Shown: positions 1-8,047 of the stretch, in pieces
Numbering within the stretch: the stretch's first letter is position 1
Layout of the letters: the number at the start of each line of letters is the position of its first letter
Assembly: GCA_043811375.1 (NCBI GenBank)
Contig: JBDRNJ010000084.1
Span: 32,001 to 96,000, forward strand
DNA: 64,000 nt
From: a bacterium
GTDB lineage: Bacteria; Zixibacteria; MSB-5A5; GN15; FEB-12
Reading direction: 5' to 3'
Notes under the pieces: generated by a model
Told to the model about the DNA's origin: nothing
What the model saw: only the letters and a program-made list of their open reading frames with translations
Database searches by the model: none
Program-made: the position numbers and the translations under genes

Positions 1-714
1 CTGATTGGTCACCATTTCACTCAGACCCTGGTCGGTAGGATGGCAGTAGAACCGCTCATCGAATCTGAACCAGGACTTGATATCGCTGTTTATCAACTGA
101 GCGGCTTCGACAGGATCGTGCGGGTCTTGCATCTGCTGTTTTAGTCCTTCGTAGCGCTGCCAGCAGGATTGACGCCAGGACTGAAGCGGCTCGCCGCTGC
201 CGCGATACGGCAGAACGTAGGCGCAAAAATCATTAAATGACAGATGGCGGCTCCATGGTTTCTCATGCCAGGCTTTAAGCGCCCAGGTGATATTCTCGAT
301 GAGGTACTGCGAGGTGATGACATCGATATCCATTATCGAATCTTTTTTCTTAAAATCGAGCTCACCTCGTCGGCTTTCGATATCATCCAGAGCCTTAATC
401 AATGTTTGATAATCGGGGTAGTCCAGGACATCCAGAGAGACTTCGGAGTGGCTGCTGTCATAGAGAGCATACACCGTATAGCGGTGTCCTTCCAGGTTAC
501 CGATCAGATATTGGGCAGAGGCCAGCCCCATCGAATCGCCTTGCTGTTGAAAATAGGTCAGGGTTTTCTGAAGTTCACCCCGGTTGTCTCTTGCCTTTTC
601 AAGCACTTTTTCAATTTCCGCCGGGTACTCCGCAGAGCGGGTCTGAACGCAGGCGGTACCGAAAACTACTGCCAGAAACAGCAGAACGGGCGCCATTTGT
701 ATTCGATTTGCCAT
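1..714 (-). CDS. Secreted transglutaminase-like domain protein (3' end outside window)
   Basis: Not in the ORF track because it is partial; translated by hand. ATG at 714 follows a GGAG RBS. Signal peptide MANRIQMAPVLLFLAVVFGTAC. Motifs DVITSQYLIENI and W-x-KPW-x5-FNDFCAYVLPYR-x3-EPL-x2-WR resemble Bacteroidetes-type transglutaminase-domain proteins. Confidence 0.7.
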   Translation of the reverse strand, partial: MANRIQMAPVLLFLAVVFGTACVQTRSAEYPAEIEKVLEKARDNRGELQKTLTYFQQQGDSMGLASAQYLIGNLEGHRYTVYALYDSSHSEVSLDVLDYPDYQTLIKALDDIESRRGELDFKKKDSIMDIDVITSQYLIENITWALKAWHEKPWSRHLSFNDFCAYVLPYRGSGEPLQSWRQSCWQRYEGLKQQMQDPHDPVEAAQLINSDIKSWFRFDERFYCHPTDQGLSEMVTNQ

Positions 715-998
715 CAGGAACTCCGGTTATCAGTTAATGGTTACTCAATATAGGACAACGAATTGGGCAATCCAACAGGGAAATTGCCCCGGCCGGCTGA
801 GACCGATTCTGACCCGGCCCGGTCATTAAACTAAACACCACCGGCCGATGATACGTTTATAATATACTGGTGGGCCGGGTGTTGTTGTGGTCTGCCCGGT
901 TCCCCGTGTCTAACAAACAGCAGCGCTGTCCGGATTGCTTAGGCTGGGGGAGGTTGGCGTAATTGTTGCGAACAGTTGCAGAAACAGGTGAGGTCGCT

Positions 999-2459
999 GT
1001 GTGTTGTTTTAGACGGTGGTTGAGGTATTCGGCGAGCCTGGGGTTCTTATTGTACCTGGTATCGTGCAGCGGGGATATCAATGTTACCACCGCTCCGGAA
1101 GTTGTATGGACCGATCCCTCTAACGGTGCTCAGAATGTCTCGCTCTCCACGCCAATCCGGGTCGGTTTCTCAAGAGTCATGGACCCGGCCACCATTAGCG
1201 TGACCACGTTCACGCTCGACAACAACGCCTACGGGGTGGTGGAACAGTTGGGAACGACGGCCACTTTCACACCGATCAAGAGATTCAAGCTGAACACGAC
1301 CTATACCGTAACGATTACCACCGGAGTACGTGATCGGGATGGAAATCCGCTGGAAGTGGCCCATGTCTGGCATTTCCACACGGTACCGCCGGCCCCGGCA
1401 GTGAGCCGTTTCAATCCTGACAGCGGCCGCGCCGGTTGCATCATTACGATCTACGGCGCCAATTTTTCAGACAATCCGGTGGGTAACAGTGTTCGCTTTA
1501 ATGGGGTCCAGGCGACGATTATCTCAGCATCTCCCACAGAGATCAGGGCCGAGGTACCCCTTGGCGCCGCCACCGGTCCGATCACCGTGGCTACAGCCGG
1601 GGGACGCACCGTTTCGGGAATCTTCTATGTGATCCGGCCCGGTGAGATATGGGAAGCGGTGTCGTCCGGCGTCATCAGTTCACTGGCTGGTGTGACCTGG
1701 ACGGGTTCGCGGTTTATTGCCGTTGGGGTTGCCGGCACTATCCTGACGTCGCCGGATGGCGTCACGTGGACAAAACAGGTATCCGGGACTCTTCATGGTC
1801 TGAATGATGTCTCCCGGTCGGGTGATCGGGTGGTAGCTGTTGGCGATGTCGGTGAGGTTCTTTCCTCCCCAGATGGCATCGAATGGGAGCGGAGTGAGTC
1901 ACCGACTCGTTCTTCTCTGTTTGCAGTAACCTGGACCGGTAAAGTATTCCTGGCTGTTGGGGCTGACGGTGCTATTCTGGCCTCGGAACAGGGGCGGGAA
2001 TGGGTATCCCTGTATTCGCAAACTTATGACTGGCTGTACGATGTGGCTGTCCGGGGTGATTTGCTGGCGGTTTGTGGACACTCCGGTGTTATCCGTACGT
2101 CCCGCGATGGTATTCTGTGGGTTCCGCGTGAGTCCGGCACTAGGGCCACTCTGCTGGGGGTAACTGTAACTGAAACCGTCCTGGCGGTGGTCGGACATAA
2201 CGGCACCATTCTGACATCAACGGATGGCCAGGTTTGGGTGGCGCGCCAGTCACAAACATCCAGCCATCTGGGCGGTCTGGCCTGGTCGGGAGAGATGTTT
2301 GCAACCGTTGGGCTTGGCGGAATCGTGCTGACGTCACCTGAAGGGATCAACTGGACTGCTCGCATTTCGCCTACCACCGCCGATCTGACCGATCTGGCCT
2401 GGTCCGGTACCAGGTTTGTGGCAGTCGGCTACCACGGCGCCATTATCACTTCTTATTGA
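999..2459 (+). CDS. Lipoprotein with Big_5 Ig-like domain, IPT/TIG domain and 7-repeat beta-propeller
   Basis: GTG at 999 after GAGGT, in frame with ORF 963. Lipobox LVSC. Big_5-like segment TDPSNGAQNV...FSRVMD...YTVTITTGVRD, IPT-like segment FNPDSG...ITIYGANFS...VPLGAATGPITV, then seven ~39-aa repeats (L-x-x-V-x-W...VAVG-x-x-G-x-I-x-x-S-x-DG-x-x-W). Confidence 0.85.
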   Translation: MCCFRRWLRYSASLGFLLYLVSCSGDINVTTAPEVVWTDPSNGAQNVSLSTPIRVGFSRVMDPATISVTTFTLDNNAYGVVEQLGTTATFTPIKRFKLNTTYTVTITTGVRDRDGNPLEVAHVWHFHTVPPAPAVSRFNPDSGRAGCIITIYGANFSDNPVGNSVRFNGVQATIISASPTEIRAEVPLGAATGPITVATAGGRTVSGIFYVIRPGEIWEAVSSGVISSLAGVTWTGSRFIAVGVAGTILTSPDGVTWTKQVSGTLHGLNDVSRSGDRVVAVGDVGEVLSSPDGIEWERSESPTRSSLFAVTWTGKVFLAVGADGAILASEQGREWVSLYSQTYDWLYDVAVRGDLLAVCGHSGVIRTSRDGILWVPRESGTRATLLGVTVTETVLAVVGHNGTILTSTDGQVWVARQSQTSSHLGGLAWSGEMFATVGLGGIVLTSPEGINWTARISPTTADLTDLAWSGTRFVAVGYHGAIITSY

Positions 2460-2490
2460 ACCAAACAAGCATCCCGGTATTGGATTTCAA

Positions 2491-2519
2491 TTGAACCTGA
2501 TTAACACTCAAGCTATATT
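2491..2519 (+). promoter_or_regulatory. Sigma70-type promoter
   Basis: TTGAAC-17 bp-TATATT, about 80 nt upstream of ATG 2597. Confidence 0.5.
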
Positions 2520-2596
2520 CGGTCGGTAGAGATTTGTGATTTGTTGCAGCCCGGTGCCGCAGCCGAAACTTCGGCACCGCGCAGAAGGAGATTTTT

Positions 2597-4402
2597 ATGT
2601 TCCCCACCAGACGATTATTGACCGGGTTGGCCGTGCTCGTTTTGTTGCTGATGATCGGCTCATGTGATAGTGATGAGACTACCGAACCGACCGTTGTTGA
2701 GGCTGGAGATTACTGGTATCTCAACGCCACCGGCACCAGCGCCTATCTCTTCGATTTGGCATACTCGGGCAATCGCTATGTTTGCGTGGGAGAAGGCGGA
2801 GTCATTGTGACCTCGCCCGACGGCACGGTCTGGACGATGCGACCCTCGCCCACTACCGAGGATATGCTGGGAATCACCTGGGCCGATTCATTATTCGTTG
2901 CTGTCGGTGACGGCGGGACTATTATCACTTCACCAGACGGCCTCACCTTCGCGGAAGTATCATCGCCGACCTCCAAGTGGCTGTATCGTATCGCCGCTTC
3001 TGAAGCCGGGTTGGTGGCGGTGGGCCAGGACGGAACCATTATTACATCCGCCGATGGCCTGAGTTGGGACTCCGTGATTACGGTCCGGGACACTTTTGTT
3101 TTCGGAGACGTCACGGTGGACACGGCCATCAACTCCAATCTCTATGGCGTCACCTGGGCTGACAGCCATTTTGTGATAGTCGGCGGTGGTGTGGCGCTGC
3201 AGTCACCCGACGGTGAGAGTTTCAGCGTCGTCAACTCCGACCTGGGGCGCTACTTCTATGGTGTCGCCCGGTCTGACACCCAGTATGTCATCGCCGGGCA
3301 GGATGGGTCTATCCTCAGTTCTCCTGATCTGAGCCTGCCGGATTCCATCCGCTGGAAGAAGCAGATGCTCGGCTTGCGTATCAACTTTCTTGATGCTGCC
3401 GCGACTGATTCACAGTTCGTGGTGGTCGGCGAGCATGGCGCTATCGTGTCCTCACCCGACGGCGAAACCTGGACCTGGAGCGACTCTCCGTATCCCTTCC
3501 ACCTGCGCGGCGTGGAATGGACCGACGATCATTTCACTGCCGTGGGATTGGATGGAACAATCCTCACATCGCCCGACGGCCGCGCGTGGACCCGTTGGCC
3601 CTCCGGACCGACGACAATGCTCTACAATGCTACAGCTTCTGATTCGCTGCTGGTGGCGGTCGGTGACAGCGGTACTATCATGACCTCGGCCGATGGCTCC
3701 GTCTGGACCCGGCAAACGCCGGTCACCGGCGATTCACTGATGGGAGTGGCCTGCTCTTCAGATCGCTACCTGGCGGTGAGTGCCGGTGGTTTAATTGTTT
3801 CCTCGCTCGACGGGGTGGACTGGACGGTTGTCGATTCCCTGGTCGGCGGCCAGCTAAACGACATTGTCTGGTCGGGATCAGAGTTTATGTCGGTGGGGGG
3901 GCAGGGCACGGTAGTCACTTCGGGCGATGGTATTACCTTCGACAGCGCCAACGCCGGAACGTCACTAAACCTCTACGATGTTATCTGGTCCGACACTCAA
4001 TACGTAGCTGTTGGTGCTGACGGTATTATCATGACTTCACCCGACGGCAATACCTGGATCGAGTGGATCAGGCCGGCCGTTCTGCCCGATTTGCATGGTG
4101 TGGCGGCGGCTCCCGGGAAGCTGGTGGCGGTGGGTGACAGCGGCACGGTGCGTCTTTCCGTCGACCAGGGTATCAGTTGGAATTTGCAGGCAGTGCCCAC
4201 GGCGGAGAACCTCCGGGCGGTTACCTGGTCCGGCAGCAGATTTGTGGCTGTGGGAGCGCTGGGAACGGTTCTGGTGTCGTCCGACGGTATAAACTGGGTG
4301 GTGAAAACATCGGCGGTGACTGTCAGGCTGAATGATGTCATCTGGACTTCCGAACGGTTCCTGGCTGTCGGAGCCTACAATGTTATTTTATCCTCTCAGT
4401 AG
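2597..4402 (+). CDS. Lipoprotein with 14 propeller repeats (probably two 7-bladed propellers)
   Basis: AAGGAG RBS, lipobox IGSC, and 14 countable repeats of the same S-x-DG-x-x-W (BNR/Asp-box-like) unit as the upstream gene. Confidence 0.85.
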   Translation: MFPTRRLLTGLAVLVLLLMIGSCDSDETTEPTVVEAGDYWYLNATGTSAYLFDLAYSGNRYVCVGEGGVIVTSPDGTVWTMRPSPTTEDMLGITWADSLFVAVGDGGTIITSPDGLTFAEVSSPTSKWLYRIAASEAGLVAVGQDGTIITSADGLSWDSVITVRDTFVFGDVTVDTAINSNLYGVTWADSHFVIVGGGVALQSPDGESFSVVNSDLGRYFYGVARSDTQYVIAGQDGSILSSPDLSLPDSIRWKKQMLGLRINFLDAAATDSQFVVVGEHGAIVSSPDGETWTWSDSPYPFHLRGVEWTDDHFTAVGLDGTILTSPDGRAWTRWPSGPTTMLYNATASDSLLVAVGDSGTIMTSADGSVWTRQTPVTGDSLMGVACSSDRYLAVSAGGLIVSSLDGVDWTVVDSLVGGQLNDIVWSGSEFMSVGGQGTVVTSGDGITFDSANAGTSLNLYDVIWSDTQYVAVGADGIIMTSPDGNTWIEWIRPAVLPDLHGVAAAPGKLVAVGDSGTVRLSVDQGISWNLQAVPTAENLRAVTWSGSRFVAVGALGTVLVSSDGINWVVKTSAVTVRLNDVIWTSERFLAVGAYNVILSSQ

Positions 4403-4414
4403 CGATTTGTTATT

Positions 4415-5200
4415 ATGATCCGGATGCAAATGATAATCCTGCTGTTGATATGGTTCGGTGGCAGGACACTGGTGTTTGGTGTCGAAACCGAACCGTCTAC
4501 CGCTGTAAGGGATACTCTGGTTGCGGCCGATGAAGGCCGCCCGCCGTACGTCATTAGTATTGGGCACAGAAAAATTTCACAGGGAACGATTGAGGATACA
4601 ATTGGTGTCCGGCTCAAATCGGGCAGTCGGGAACTGGCTGCCTTTGACCTGAAGCTGGCTTTAAGCAGCCGCCTGATCAATATCGACACGGTACTACCGG
4701 GAGAGATTCCCGACTCCTGTGGCTGGGAGCTTTTCCGTGCCCGTCGTCTTGAAAATACCCCCGATACCGACTTTCCGCAACAGGTCTGGAGGATTGTGGC
4801 GCTGGCTCGGACGAGCCCATCAGGTGACGGACCGAACTGTTTGGGTCTCGACAGGGATGCCTCCCTGCTGAGATTGGTGATATCCAGTCCGCCTCTGGCG
4901 ATGGTGCCCGATACCGTCATAGAGATTTTCTTTTTCTGGGAAAACTGCTCCGATAACACCATCGCCGGCCCGGACGGTGATACGCTGGCTGTCTCGGTCG
5001 CTGTCTTTGATAACCAGGACGGCAATAATCAGGAGGAATTGGCGGATTTTCCCTGCCGAACCGGAACACCCCGGCACTGTATCGATCCCACCGTTCGCAA
5101 CCAGCCCCAACGCTGGATCAATTTCCATAACGGTGCCGTTGAATTTCGATTCGACTTTGGCCAAAGCGGAGCAGATACGTCCGACACGACAGATCGTTAG
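4415..5200 (+). CDS. Secreted hypothetical protein, possibly cohesin/Ig-like, Cys-rich
   Basis: Hydrophobic N-terminus, beta-rich sequence (AFDLKL, CGWELF, FFWENCSDN) and several cysteines. Confidence 0.6.
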   Translation: MIRMQMIILLLIWFGGRTLVFGVETEPSTAVRDTLVAADEGRPPYVISIGHRKISQGTIEDTIGVRLKSGSRELAAFDLKLALSSRLINIDTVLPGEIPDSCGWELFRARRLENTPDTDFPQQVWRIVALARTSPSGDGPNCLGLDRDASLLRLVISSPPLAMVPDTVIEIFFFWENCSDNTIAGPDGDTLAVSVAVFDNQDGNNQEELADFPCRTGTPRHCIDPTVRNQPQRWINFHNGAVEFRFDFGQSGADTSDTTDR

Positions 5201-5280
5201 ACGGTCCCGAGGGCCGATAACATCAGACGCTGTCGCTTTTTTCACTTGCACAGTATCAACCGCGCCGATTACTTGTCGTT

Positions 5281-5646
5281 ATGCCTCGTCGTGTCAGACA
5301 GTCCCGGTCTCTGCTGACTCCTCTGGCGGAGAACCTGGTGCGCCGGTTCGCCTCGACGGACACCCGACTGCGGCGTCAGGTGGTCAGGTATGCCTTCTGG
5401 ATGCTGGGACTGTTGTTCGGATGTTCGCTGATGATCGGTTCCTACAGCCTGCCGAGAATTGTCCGCCTGGAACTTGAGAAAAGATCGTTGGTAACGGCCA
5501 ACCGCCAACTGACGATTGAGCTCGTTGATTCCCATCGTATAAAAAGAATGCTTCAGTACGATCCCGTCTACCTGGAGTATGTCGCCCGCACCCGGTATCG
5601 GATGGCTCGACCCGGCGAAACAATATATCGATACCGCGGTCAGTAA
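5281..5646 (+). CDS. ftsB: Septum formation initiator family protein (FtsB/DivIC)
   Basis: One TM helix, a coiled coil and the C-terminal motif DP-x-YLEYVAR-x-x-Y-x-MARPGE-x-IY. Confidence 0.8.
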   Translation: MPRRVRQSRSLLTPLAENLVRRFASTDTRLRRQVVRYAFWMLGLLFGCSLMIGSYSLPRIVRLELEKRSLVTANRQLTIELVDSHRIKRMLQYDPVYLEYVARTRYRMARPGETIYRYRGQ

Positions 5647-5650
5647 GACC

Positions 5651-6466
5651 ATGGCTCTGCAAAAAACCGAGGCGGTCATCCTGAGGTCCGTCAACTACTC
5701 GGAATCATCTCGCATGGTGGAAGTGTTCAGTTGCCACCACGGCAAGATGACTCTGGTCGATAAGGGCGGCCGACGATTGGCTTCCAAAAGAGGTCGTCTG
5801 GTGCCGTTTGCCCGAATGGAGATCACTTACTACAAATCCCGCGCTGCCTCGGCCGGATACATCTCAGACTCGGAACTGCTGGAACTTTTTGGTTTCGAAA
5901 AGGAAGGCACTATGGGGCGCCTGGCCTACGCCTCGGCCGCCTGCGAGTTGCTGCATCACCTGCTCTCCGAAGGTCAGCCCCAGCCAACTTTATATAATTT
6001 CTTTATCGTTTTTTTGAAACTTACCGAGGCAGCCGACAAGAGTTCGCTGCCGCCGTTGTTCCTGGCCTTCTTTCTGCAATTGCTGGTGCACCTGGGATAC
6101 GGCCCCGCCGTGGCCAACTGCGTGGGATGTGGCCAATCAGCGGCAATCGCCGGTGAGGGAAACCAGCCGTTAGGGTTCTGTTCGCAACGTGGCGGCTTTG
6201 TCTGTGATACTTGCCAAAACCCCGGTGATGACTATATTGCCATTCCCGGTGAGGCTATGTCGCGGTTAGCGGTGCTGCAACAGACATCGCTTGCCCAGGC
6301 AGCTGCCATGCCGATGGGTTACAATGAGGTAAGCTACCTTCTGGAGGTACTGGTCAAGTTTATAAACTACCAGACCGGTACGGTTTCCCGTTTGAAGTCG
6401 CTGGAGTTTCTTCAGAAACTTAGAGACCACGTCCGGAAGCATGAAAAAGGAAACACTCAGACATGA
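5651..6466 (+). CDS. recO: DNA repair protein RecO
   Basis: KTEAVILRSVNYSESS N-terminal OB-fold motif and zinc finger C-x2-C...C-x2-C after LGYGP. Start moved to ATG 5651. Confidence 0.92.
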   Translation: MALQKTEAVILRSVNYSESSRMVEVFSCHHGKMTLVDKGGRRLASKRGRLVPFARMEITYYKSRAASAGYISDSELLELFGFEKEGTMGRLAYASAACELLHHLLSEGQPQPTLYNFFIVFLKLTEAADKSSLPPLFLAFFLQLLVHLGYGPAVANCVGCGQSAAIAGEGNQPLGFCSQRGGFVCDTCQNPGDDYIAIPGEAMSRLAVLQQTSLAQAAAMPMGYNEVSYLLEVLVKFINYQTGTVSRLKSLEFLQKLRDHVRKHEKGNTQT

Positions 6467-7803
6467 GCGCAAAGAAAAACTCCAACGATCTCATGGACAA
6501 ACTCGTCTCGCTGTGCAAGCGGCGCGGATACGTTTTTCCATCATCCGAAATCTATGGTGGCCTGACCTCCTGCTGGGACTATGGCCCGCTGGGAGCCGAG
6601 TTGAAACGCAACCTGAAGAACTTCTGGTGGGATGCCATGACCAACCGGCGGGACGACATCGAGGGACTGAATGCCGCCATTTTGATGCATCCCCAGGTGT
6701 GGCATACCTCCGGCCACGTCACGGAGTTTAACGATCCGATGGTCGACTGCAAAACCTGTAAGGCGCGTTTTCGGGCCGACCGGCTGGAGCAGAGCCGTTG
6801 TCCGCAAAAGCCCTCCAAGTCGCCCCTTGAATGTGGTGGTGAACTTACCGAGGCCCGGCAGTTTAACCTGATGTTCAAGACCTTCATGGGACCGGTCGAG
6901 GACAGCACCAACGTGATTTTCCTGCGTCCTGAGACGGCCCAGGGTATCTATGTCAATTTTCTCAACGTGAAAAACTCTTCACGGCAGAAAATTCCTTTTG
7001 GTATCGCCCAGATCGGCAAGGCTTTCCGCAACGAAATCACACCGGGCAATTTTATTTTTCGTACCCGGGAGTTCGAACAGATGGAGATGCAGTTCTTCGT
7101 GCACCCCTCTGAAGACGAGAAATGGTATGACTACTGGCGGGAACAACGTTGGCAGTGGTACCAGGACCTGGGCATCAATTCCGACAAACTGCGCTGGCAT
7201 GAGCACGGCCCGGACGAACTGGCCCATTATGCCAGGGCGGCTTTTGATATCGAATATCAATTCCCGTTCGGCTGGGATGAACTGGAAGGTGTCCACAACC
7301 GGACCGACTTCGACCTCAGCCGCCACATCGAAGCCACCGGCAAGGACATGAGCTACCGGGATGACCGCTTCCCGGAGAAGTTCATCCCTTTCATTATCGA
7401 GACCTCGGCCGGTTGTGACCGGACACTGCTGACGCTGCTGATAGATGCTTACGATGAGGTGGAGATCAAGGGTGAAAAGCGCGTTTTCCTGCGCCTGTCA
7501 CCAAAAATCGCCCCCATCAAGGTGGCGGTTTTCCCACTGGTCAAAAAAGACGGCATGCCCGAATTCGCTCAGAAGACCTATCAGGAACTCAAACGCCGTT
7601 TCAAGACTTTCTATGACATATCGGGCGCCATCGGTCGCCGCTATGCCCGGATGGACGAGGCCGGCTGCCCCTTCTGCGTGACGGTCGACGGACAGACCCT
7701 CCAGGACGAAACGATGACCGTCCGTGACCGCGACAGCATGGAGCAGTCGCGAATGAAGCTGCCTCAGTTGATTACTTTTCTGGAGGAGAAAATCCGAGGA
7801 TAG
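6463..7803 (+). CDS. glyQS: Glycine--tRNA ligase (alpha2 type)
   Basis: Motifs KRRG-x-VF, WDYGPLG, LRPETAQG, FRNEI, FRTREFEQME and IGRRYARMDEAG. Confidence 0.97.
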   Translation: MSAKKNSNDLMDKLVSLCKRRGYVFPSSEIYGGLTSCWDYGPLGAELKRNLKNFWWDAMTNRRDDIEGLNAAILMHPQVWHTSGHVTEFNDPMVDCKTCKARFRADRLEQSRCPQKPSKSPLECGGELTEARQFNLMFKTFMGPVEDSTNVIFLRPETAQGIYVNFLNVKNSSRQKIPFGIAQIGKAFRNEITPGNFIFRTREFEQMEMQFFVHPSEDEKWYDYWREQRWQWYQDLGINSDKLRWHEHGPDELAHYARAAFDIEYQFPFGWDELEGVHNRTDFDLSRHIEATGKDMSYRDDRFPEKFIPFIIETSAGCDRTLLTLLIDAYDEVEIKGEKRVFLRLSPKIAPIKVAVFPLVKKDGMPEFAQKTYQELKRRFKTFYDISGAIGRRYARMDEAGCPFCVTVDGQTLQDETMTVRDRDSMEQSRMKLPQLITFLEEKIRG

Positions 7804-7932
7804 CCACGTAGATGTCGTCTCAAAAGGTGATGATTCAGCCCGCGCAGAGTGGGGGCTTGTCTCCCACCAATAGAAGTGGCGATGCCGGCAGCGAACACAA
7901 TAAATGTGCCCTCGGCACCCGCTTAGCGATAT

Positions 7933-7963
7933 AGAGCAGTAGTGGCTTGTCACCCTGCTGCTA
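7933..7963 (-). repeat. Degenerate GTAG-REP-like palindrome in the glyQS/valS convergent gap
   Basis: agcagtagtgg-cttgt-caccctgctgct followed by ac reads GTAG plus hairpin on the minus strand. A related hairpin gtgggggcttgtctcccac lies at about 7848-7867. Confidence 0.4.
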
Positions 7964-8047
7964 CACGGGGTTGGCTAATCGCAGTTTCGTATAGTGTGAG
8001 TAGTGAAATGGCCGGGAATCTACTTTTAAGACAGCTTCAGGCTGGTT

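Noticed and set aside
244..753. 169-aa plus-strand ORF
   Set aside because: It is the antisense shadow of the minus-strand gene at 1-714, which has an RBS, a signal peptide and family motifs.
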